A stretch of 64,000 bases of DNA from assembly GCF_009914755.1 (NCBI RefSeq), contig NC_060937.1. One strand, 5' to 3'. Made by a program: the position numbers and the translations under genes. Shown in pieces: positions 54,399 to 64,000 of this stretch. The notes beneath the pieces were generated by a model. It was given only the letters and a program-made list of their open reading frames with translations. It searched no databases and had not been told where the DNA came from. This stretch comes from the human T2T-CHM13v2.0 reference genome, Homo sapiens. Within the stretch, counting starts at the first letter, position 1; each line of letters opens with the position of its first letter.

Positions 54399-55197
54399 AA
54401 AACTTACCATTTTTTATGGAATTTAGGTCTCCTAAATTTCTGTTTCTGTTCTTCCCTACTTCTACTCATAGCATCAGCCCTCAAGACATTGCTAGGTATA
54501 CCTAATTGTTATGGGCAATTAGATTCTGTTTAATTGATGTTGATCTGTGCTCATACAGCACTGAAATACCAATTAACATTACATAGAATGATAAAGTATT
54601 TTACAAATATATTTTATCACTACTTTTATCAAAACCAGTATTTATGATAACCATAATGTAGCACAGAGTTCTAGCTTTTACAGGAAAGATCTTTTTTGTA
54701 ACAATGTAATAAAAATTTCACTCAGCAAATTACTGACTTAAATACTATTCTTATTATATGCTCCTCTCAGTCTAGTTATGAGGACTGTTCTTTAAGTGAT
54801 ATATAATAGAGTCATGGGACAGGTAATAAAGTTAAAGTGCTCACATTATGAAGAGGATTTCATATCAAAGATAGGTTATGGAAGATATATTTAAGCACAT
54901 CATAAATATAAATGCTACTAATGATGGTACACCTCCTCAATGGCTTTATTCCAAAATGTATCCTCATATTAATCAAACACATTTTGTCATCTGGACACTG
55001 ATTATTACTAAGGGACTAGTATTTCAAAATAAGATCCCACCATGGTCATTATTGCACATCGTATATAGAGGGCCCTTAAAGTGAATTTACTCAGGGAGGT
55101 AGGTTTATAGTTAGGCAACAGACTTACAGATGACTCATCACCTACTGCTTAGGTGGCATTTGGAAAGTTACTTTATATTTGTGAAGACTAAATACTT

Positions 55198-57485
55198 TAA
55201 ACTAGAAAATCTAGAAGAAATGAATAAATTCCTGGACACGTACACCCTCCCACATCCACCATATACACCCTGAACCAGGAAGAAGTTGAATCTCTGAATA
55301 AACCAATAACAAGTTCTGAAACTGAGGCAGTAATAAATAGCCTACCAACCAAACAAAGTCTAGGACAAGACAGATTTACAGCTGAATTCTACTGGTGGTA
55401 CAAAGAGGAGCTGGTACCATTTCTTCTGAAACTACTACAAACAATTGAAAAGGAGGGACTTCTTCCTAACTTTGTTTACGAGGCCAGCATTATCCTGTTA
55501 CCAAAACCTGGCAGTGATAGAACAAAAAAAGAAAACTTTAGGCCAATATCCCTGATGAACATTGATACAAAAATCCTCAATAAGTTACTGGCAAACCAAA
55601 TCCAGCAGCACATCAAAAAGCTTATCCACCATGATCAAGTTGGTTTTATCCCTGGGATGCAAGGCTGGTTCAACATATGTAAATCAGTAAACATAATTAA
55701 TCACATAAACAGAACTAAAAACAAAAACCACATGATTATCTCAATAGACGTAGAAAAGGCCTTCAATAAAATTCAACATCCCTTCATGTTAAAAACTCTC
55801 AATAAACTAGGTATTGATGGAACATACCTCAAAATAATAAGAGCTATTTATGACAAACCCACAGCCAATATCATACTGAATGGACAAAAGCTGGAAGCAT
55901 TCCCCTTGAAAACTGGGACAAGACAAGAATGCCCTCTCTCATCACTCCTGTTCAACACAGCATTGGATGTTCTGGCCACGGCAATCAGGCAAGAGAAAGA
56001 AATAAAGCGTATTCAAATAGGAAGAGAGGAAGTCAAACTGTCCTTGTTTGTAGATAACATGATCCTACATCTAGAAAACTCCATCATCTCACCCCAAAAA
56101 CTTCTTAAGCTGATAAGCAGCTTCAGCAAAGACTCAGGACACAAAATCAGTGTGCAAAAATTACAACCATCCTATACACCAACAGTAGACACACAGCGAG
56201 ACAAATCATGAATGAACTCCCATCACAATTGGTACAAAGAGAATAAAATACCTAGGAATACAGCTAACAAGGAACATGAAGGACCTCTTCAAGGAAAACT
56301 ACAGACCACTTATCAAGGAAATCAAAAAGGACATAAACAAATGGAAAAACATTCTATGCTCATGGATAGGAAGAATCAATATTGTGAAAATGGCCATACT
56401 GTCCAAAGTAATTTATAGATATAATGCTATTTCCATTAAACTACCATTGATGTTCGTCACAGAATTAGAAAAAAACTACCTTAAAATTCATATGGAACCA
56501 AAAAAAGAGCCTGTATAGCCAAGACAACCCTAAGCAAAAAGAACAAAGCTGGCACCATCACACTACCTGACTTCAAACCATACTACAAGGCTACAGTAAC
56601 AAAAACAGCATGGTACTGGTACAAAAACAGACACACAGGTCAATGGAACAGAATAGAGAACTCAGAAACAAGACCACACATCTACAACTATCTGATCTTC
56701 AACAAATCTGACAAAAACAAGCAATGGGGAAAGAATTCCCTGTTAATAAATGGTGCTGGGAAAACTGGCTAGCCATATGCAGAAAACTGAAACTGGACCC
56801 CTTCCTTACACCTTATACAAAAATCAACTCTAGATGGATTAAAGACTTAGATACAAAACTCAAAACTATAAAAACCCTAGAAGAAAATCTAGGCAATACC
56901 ATTCAGGACATAGGCACAGGCAAAGATTTCATGACAAAAACGTCAAAAGCAATCACAACAAAAGCAAAAATTGACAAATGGGATCTAATTAAACTAAAGA
57001 GCTCCTGTACAGCAAAATAAACTATTATCAGCATGAAAAGACAACCTACAGAATGGGAGAAAATTTTTGTAATCTATCCATCTGACAAAGGTCTAATATC
57101 CGGAATCCACAAGGAATTTAAATTTACAAGAAAAACCAAATAACTTCATTAAAAAGTGGGCAAAGGACATGAACAGGCACTTCTCAAAAGAAGACATTTA
57201 TACGGCCAATAAACATGAAAAAAAAGCTCAACATCACTGATCATTAGAGAAATGCAAATCAAAACCACAATGAGATACCATCTCACGCCAGTCAGAATGG
57301 TGATTATTAAAAAGTCAAGAAACAACAGATGCCAGTGAGGCTGTGGAGAAATAGGAACGCGTTTACACTGTTTGTGTGAATGTAAATTGGTTCAACCATT
57401 GTGGAAGACAGTGTGGCAATTCCTCTAAGAGGGAACCAGAAATACTATCTGACCCAGCAATCTCATTATTGGTTATATACCCAAA
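55198..57485 (+). mobile_element. L1PA internal ORF2 segment (RT and C-terminal domain), truncated at both ends, frameshifted
   Basis: ORFs 55555-56211, 56276-56518 and 56724-57020 match L1 ORF2p ([42 protein letters not shown]). The RT motif FADD reads FVDN. Confidence 0.97.
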
Positions 57486-57852
57486 ACTGGCTAGCACATT
57501 GCCTACATGAAGTAGATGTCCCTTAAGAGCTGTTATTTTATACAGCATTCAGCTAAGTGCAAGGCACAGTTCTAAGCACTGTTCTAAATATTTTACATTT
57601 ATTTTCTTCTTTAACCTCTTTATCACATATGTTTACATTTAAAACAGTGACCAAACTGATCTACACTATATGTATCATTTTGGGAAATGTATAAACTTGT
57701 TCGATATATGTCAAGAAAGTAATATTAAATAGATTATTTAGTCTAACTACTCCTTGGAAATATTTTTACCAAAGTGTTCTGTATACACAGTCATCAGTCT
57801 TATTTTAAGGGATTTCAGAAAGGTGATTTTTTTTAAGTAATGTCCTATAGAT

Positions 57853-58044
57853 TAATGGTTCCCCACCTTTAGCATGCATCAGAATCATCTGTAGGGCTGG
57901 TTAAAACACAAGTCCTCACCTGCCCCACCAGAGTTTTGGATTCAATCGGTCTGGACTGGGGCTTGAGAATTTTCATTTTCAATAATTTCTCACAACACAT
58001 TTCCAGATGAAGGTGGACTAATAACAGCACTTTGAGAATCGTTG
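57853..58044 (+). mobile_element. MER5A hAT MITE
   Basis: tggttc...gcatcagaatcatctg...cactttgagaatc; 8-bp TSD ctatagat / ctataggt. Confidence 0.88.
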
Positions 58045-58529
58045 CTATAGGTCAGATTGGTGAGAGGCAAGAAATTCTTTCTTATTTCTAAATCCAAAAT
58101 CTATCTCATTCATGGTCTAAATATATGCCTAACAAGAGATAATGCATTTGCATTACTCTTGCCTAGATGCTAATTTCTTTTGAAATATTGAAACTAAAAC
58201 TGGTACGAGTATTGAGGAAAGCCTGAAACTCAGATGACAACTGTCATTCCGTAAGTATGGAACTTCTTGATGCAGATTCACTTATAAATAGCCCCATGGC
58301 AGGAATTTTGAACATCAGGGGAAGCAAGAAGCCCTTTGCAGTCAAGAGGAAACAACCCTGCTTTGTTCTGGACAGACAGTACACTCCTTCAAGAACACTA
58401 TCCTAAAACATGAGAGTATTTATTTTTAACTGATATTGGCTTCTCCAGTTGGATCACCTCAGGTTCATCCTCTAACTTAAAGCCATACAAATCCCGTTAT
58501 GTATCTACTTTTAAATATTGTTCTCCAGG

Positions 58530-58870
58530 TGCAGCCATAAAAAAGGATGAATTCATGTCCTTTGCAGGGACATGGATGAAGCTGGAAACCATCATTCTTA
58601 GCAAACTATCACAAGGACAGAAAACCAAACACTACACGTTCTCACTCATAGGTGGGAACTGACCAATGAGATCACTTGGACACAGGGCGGGGAACATCAC
58701 ACACCAGGGCCTGTTGGGGGGTGAGGGGCTGGCGGAAGGATAGCATTAGGAGAAATACCTAATGTAAATAACTAGTCGATGGGTGCAGCAAACCAACATG
58801 GCACATATATACCTATGTATCAAACCTGCACGTTGTGCATGTGTACCCTAGAACTTAAAGTATAATAAAA
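58530..58870 (+). mobile_element. L1PA (PA5-7-like) 3' end
   Basis: gcagccataaaaaaggatga...gatagcattaggagaaatacctaatgtaa...gtaccctagaacttaaagtataataaaa. Confidence 0.95.
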
Positions 58871-61204
58871 TAGTTCTCAATAACATATGGATGACTTTCT
58901 TGTAAAGAACAGGTTTTTCACTGGCGTCAAATTTCAAAGCCTTTTCAAAGGATTTCTGACTCCAAAGTTGACAGTAATGAGGTAAGAAGTGGGGCACAGA
59001 ATTTGTATCTGCCAAGAAGTCAAGCATTCAGCTTAGTGCTGTTACTGGGAGGGGCAGCAGCCACACAACTGTATCTATGAAGCAAATGTTCTGTTCTGAA
59101 AAACTGTTATTTTTCAGAAGGTTGGAATAGGATGAAAATTCACAAGATTCTCCAAAGTGCAAAACACAAAAGTTTCTTTTCTTTATTGTCCATACATTCA
59201 CAATGTTGCTGAATACTTTTTTCTCTGATGGCAGGCAGGTTTGGCAGGATGATTTAAACTTTCTAACTAAAGGGGGACTTCACTTTTGGACAAAAATGGA
59301 GCCTGGTCAAAGTGTAATCTTGGTCCAAAGCTCTTTTTTTTTTTTTTTTTTTCTCAAGGGGTCTTCCATTCCTGCTTCCCTTCCAAGATAGTGTCTGGGT
59401 ACAGGGAAATACATGAAATTCTCATGGAATTGGATAGTCAGAGGTTCTAATGCCATCTGTCGAATGAATGTATTGTCTCGTTTGCCTCTGGGCATCTGCT
59501 GAATTGGCCATGGCTGATATCAGCTGTGAATTTCTTCCTTAGCCTGGGCCAATCATATAAATGCCTCCAAGGACATCGCCCAATTCCTTACTATTGATCA
59601 GTCTTCCCCTTCCTCTCATGGAAACTGCAGATTTCCTTACACATAGCCACAACTTTGCTCTGTGGGGGCACCCTAAAGCCATCAGCTTAATTTTATCCTT
59701 ACTGGTTTTCTATAACCCCCACAGGCAACAGAGGAATTTGTGGAATCCTGACAGTTCACGTGGGAGCTGAGATTTGTGCAGGGACATTCTCTCAGGCCCT
59801 CTGTCTAAACACACCACAACACCGTCTCCTCCATCTGCAAGTGCTCTGTGTTGAATACTGTAGCAGGGACTCCCTGCATGGTAATCTCCTCCTTGAGTTC
59901 AGTAAGTCCTCCCCTGGAGCTCCTTTCTTCTCACTGCTCACACCCAAGGCAAGGCAGGGAGGACTCGGGCTAGAGAGGAGCCTGCTGCTCATCTGAGGGA
60001 GCAGGAAGAAAGGTCATTCCATTCTCCTGGACTCTGAGCCCTTCCTTGCCTTCTCCACACTCCTCACTTTCTTCAATTACAGGGACTCTGTTTTTAACCT
60101 GGGCATACGTTGAGTTCTTACTTCCTATGGCTTAAAATCTCAGTTTAGACCACAAGTTTTGTTCTTAATATGTTTAAAAAAACAAAAAAATGGTTTTAAA
60201 TTTTAAGAAAAGTGGCCTTCTGACATAAAACTTTCAGAGCTATTACCTGTCTATGGGCTACAAGATTCTATTTTGACAGTCAAAGGTTGAAATCGACACT
60301 TACTTTTGTCTTATTATTATAATTCATATTCTTCTGAGATAATAAATACCTGTCATTGAAAAGAAAAAGATCAAATTCAAGCAAGTATGAAACAGAAAAG
60401 CACGTGTGCACGTGTGCGAGCGCACACACACAGACACACACACACACAATTCTTTATTGAACTTACACTGCTTCAGGAATTTTAAATTAGAAAACAATAA
60501 GGATCAGGTAAACATTCTGGGTAAGAGCACCATCATCTAAAGACTGCCTTTAGCCCTTTAGAGTCAGATGTTTGATCATGTTAGTTCACCCAAAGGCATC
60601 CACAGCTAATACATTAGTTTCCACAGTTTAAACTCATAAAAAGCTAATTTTGAAACTATAAAGCTAATAATATAATTTGTAATGTGGTATGTATTTTCTT
60701 TGTTACCCAACAACTGCAATCTTATGAGGCAGACTATACAAAGACTGAAACTGTGCAAGCAGACATTTTTTTAATTCACTTGCAACAAAATCTGATATTT
60801 CTAACTTTTGATTTAGAATTACTTGAACATTGTAAATGTGTACACAATACATGACTAGCATTAAAATTCAAATAACACTGAGTAGTTATAACTATATAGT
60901 TATATCCTTAAATATTGTTGTCTATAGATCATGAGATTTAATTGGGTGTCAGACCTTTTCTATTTCATTCATACAAATTAAAATCACTATCAAGAAATCT
61001 GATACTCTATTATCTTATCTTTATTTTCTTTATTTGGTATTAAACACTTCATGCTGTGGATATTCATCACGATAATGTAGAGAGAAAAAATACCTTAAAC
61101 TATGCATAATTTGTTAATTGTAAATCTGGACTAGAACTTAAGGTTTCTGATACCACTCTGATATTCTTCATTACCTTCACATTTTTAATTGAGTAAATTT
61201 GTTA

Positions 61205-63330
61205 AGAAAAGGAGAAAAGGCAAGTGTCTCTACTCATATTCCTTCTATTCAACATTGTACTAGAGATGCTATCCATTATAAGACAAGAAAACAAGGCACA
61301 AAAATTAGAGAGAAATAAAACAGTTTTTAGTAACAGACAACTTGATGCTCTAAATAGAAAATCCCAAATATGCTACAAAAAATATTAAGTAGGACTAACA
61401 TGTGAGTTTAGCAAGATACAATAAAGGGTAACATGCAAAAATCAAATGTTTTCTATATAGTACAAATGCACAATTAAAAATTTTAAAACAACGCCATTTA
61501 CAATAGGACAGTAAAACAAGAAATTCTTAGGTATAGTCTAGTAAAATAATTCTAAGATCCATATGCTGAAGGTATAAAAATTGATGGGAAAAATTAATAC
61601 AAACTAAATGAATGGGAGTTATATCATGTTCATAGACTGAAATAATATTGCTAAGGTATTAATTCTCTGTAAGTTGATAAAGAGATTCAACGCAATTCCA
61701 ATCAAAATCCTGATATTCTTTTTTGTACAAATTGAAAAACTGACCCTAAATTTATATGAGGAAAAATTTGGAAAGAAGAAAAAAGCTGTAGAACTTGTGG
61801 TACATGATTTTAAACTATTAAGCTATAATGGAAAAGATACTATTCATGTAAAATAGGAACAAGGAAGAAAGTCCGGAAATGGACCTATAGATAGATAGAT
61901 AGATAGATATTGTCAACCAATTTTCAACAAACATGTCATAGTAGGTCACTGGAAGAAAGAATAGTCTTTTCAGCAAATGGTGCTTTTAGGTATGGACATC
62001 CACATACAAAAAAAAAAAGAAAGCTCACTTATATATTATACCATAAGCATAAAACAACTCAAAATGGATCACAGACTTAAATGTGAAATTATACATCTTT
62101 TGTGAGAAAACATAAGAGAAAAATTCTTATGACATTGGAATAGCAAAAACTTCTTAGAATCAAAAAAGCATGTGCCATTAAAAAAAAAAACTTGATAAAT
62201 TGGACTTAATAATAAAATTTTATGCTTTTGAATAAATGATATTAAGAAAATTAAAAGATAAGCCACAGACTGGGAGAAAATATTTGCAAAACACATATCT
62301 GATAAAGAGCTTCTATCATATATATATATATATATATTTAAAAACTCTTACAACTCAATATTTTATTAAAGTCAACTCAATTATATATATGTACATACAT
62401 ATATTTAAATTTTATTGTAACTCACAATTCATAGTTGTCAATTATAATTTTTTAAAAGTTTAGAAAAATGGGCTAAGAAATTTAAATAAATACTTCAACA
62501 AAGTTGAAAGCAAAATGGCAAATAAGCATATGAAAATGTCAACGTATTTGTTATTAGGAAAATGCAAACCAAAACCACAGGGGCAAACTAGATCTCTAAA
62601 ATCAACGATATCACTAAATACCTACTAGAACAGCAAAATTAAAAAACCAAAAAACTGGCAATAGCAAGTGCTGGCGAGGATGAGGAGCAATTAGAAATCT
62701 CATATTTTACTAATGAGCGTGCAAAATGGCATACCTACTTTGGAAAAGAGTGTGGGGCATTCTTATAGCATTAAATATATACACATGGCACAACCCAGCA
62801 GTTTCACTCCTAAGTATTTATTCAAGATAAACAAAAATGTATGTCCACACGAATTTCTGTACATGGAAGTTTACAGCAGCTTTATTCATGGTTTCCAAAA
62901 ATTGGAAAAAGCTTAAATGCCCAAGAATCAGTGAATATATAAATTGTGGTATATGATACAATGGAACACTACTTTGCAATACAAACTACTTAATACCTGC
63001 AACAAATAAATTAGGCTTAAAGGCATTAAGCTAAGTGCAAGAACTCAGACACAAAGGGCTGCATACTTTTGTGATCCATTTATATGTCATTCTGCAAAAG
63101 GCAAAACTGAGGATACAGAAATCAGTTGCTAGAGGTGAAAGGAGGAAGTGGAGGGTGTCAGCCAGAAAGGGGCACTAGAAACTTTGCGGGGTGATGAAAA
63201 TAATCTATATCATGGTTGTCATGGTGGTTACACAAATTGTATTCATTTGCTGAAAAATAACAAACTTCACACCTAAAAAAAGGATAAATTTTACTATAAC
63301 CCAAGTATACATCAATAAAACCAACTGAAA
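61205..63330 (+). mobile_element. Old L1M (MB/MC-like) ORF2 plus 3'UTR, degenerate
   Basis: tctattcaacattgtactaga, attcaacgcaattccaatcaaaatcc, tagtcttttcagcaaatggtgct, gactgggagaaaatatttgcaa, ccatttatatgtcattctgcaaaaggcaaaact. Confidence 0.88.
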
Positions 63331-63484
63331 AACCATTAAAGTAACTACATGTTTTTACACTAGGCATTGTCACTTAATCATTTGAAGATGGTGTATAATA
63401 CCTGAGGAGTTAGGTACATGTGAACCAAGAAATAGGTAACATGGATTCAAGATTTCACCTTCTTCTCACTAATCCACCTCTTAC

Positions 63485-63652
63485 CAGGTGGCATTCCAGA
63501 TTTCCACTTGCTGTCCCTGGAGAAAATTAATGGCATCTACCTAACTCCTTTCTAACTCAGTAACAAGCATTAACAGCATCAGTCACTTCGAGTACTCATT
63601 TCTCTCAGGAGAAAATACAGCAACCCCACAGCAGCCAAAGAGCAGCATGAAT
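63485..63652 (-). other. Candidate non-coding (lncRNA-type) exon
   Basis: Minus strand: long pyrimidine tract ...tttctgttttttcctctctcatcattatctcag, a 168-nt exon, then donor CTG/gtaaga. Stops occur in all three frames. Confidence 0.35.
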
Positions 63653-64000
63653 CTGAGATAATGATGAGAGAGGAAAAAACAGAAATGAGGAATGATCGAA
63701 AGTAAAATAAAAGCCGAAAACAAAGGAGTAGGGCTAACAATGTGGCACTTTAAATGTAAGGCTACAGATCATGTTTCTTTTCCCAGATTATCCCTGTATC
63801 TTCTTTTCCTGTCGTAGATTCAGATGTGATTTGCAGCTCATTATTTTCAGGTGACGGAAATAGGGTCATGGTTTTTGAGAAAAGTTAATAAGAAAGCATT
63901 AAAAAGTCTGTAAATACAGAGGTTGCAAACGTTTTATGGTCACCTCACAATCAATAGGCATGTGTTTCTTTACTCCCTGAACACTACTATGAACATTCTG

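Noticed and set aside
55555-57020. Reverse-transcriptase ORFs as an active retroelement or novel RT system
   Set aside because: This is standard L1 ORF2, frameshifted, with the catalytic FADD changed to FVDN and no 5'UTR, ORF1 or endonuclease.
57486-58870. Joining the L1 ORF2 block and the L1 3' end at 58530 into one element
   Set aside because: About 150 bp of L1 is missing between them, the intervening kb holds older MIR and MER5A sequence, and the 3' piece has its own degenerate flanking repeat (aaatattgttctc / aaatagttctc).
59546-59565. CCAAT immediately followed by TATAAA (ggccaatcatataaat)
   Set aside because: The spacing is too tight for a canonical promoter, and there is no CpG island or supported downstream gene.

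Overview
Primate (human-like) AT-rich non-coding DNA, either intergenic or deep intronic. I recognise no intact protein-coding gene, RNA gene or CRISPR array. Much of the window is interspersed repeat: 12 Alus (J, S and Y), a 2.3-kb L1PA ORF2 segment, several L1 3' ends and old L1M scaffolds, a full-length Tigger1, Tigger2/Tigger5/MER5A/MER102/MER103 DNA-transposon derivatives, MaLR (MLT1/MST/THE1), ERV1 (MER51/LTR54-like, MER61) and ERVL (LTR16) solo LTRs, L2 and MIR fragments, and microsatellites. The long ORFs at 1.8-2.8 kb are artefacts of an alternating purine/pyrimidine repeat. The most notable non-repeat signal is an old, 5'-truncated processed pseudogene of the antiviral IFITM family at about 18541-18825. 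It is missing from the ORF track and looks IFITM1-like in both its C-terminal tail and its 3'UTR. Other points of interest are a near-perfect p53 response element in a MER61 LTR, several templated-insertion or repair scars, and a few candidate non-coding exons. Repeat family and subfamily names come from recalled consensus sequences, not from a database run. I found no convincing previously undescribed multi-gene system.
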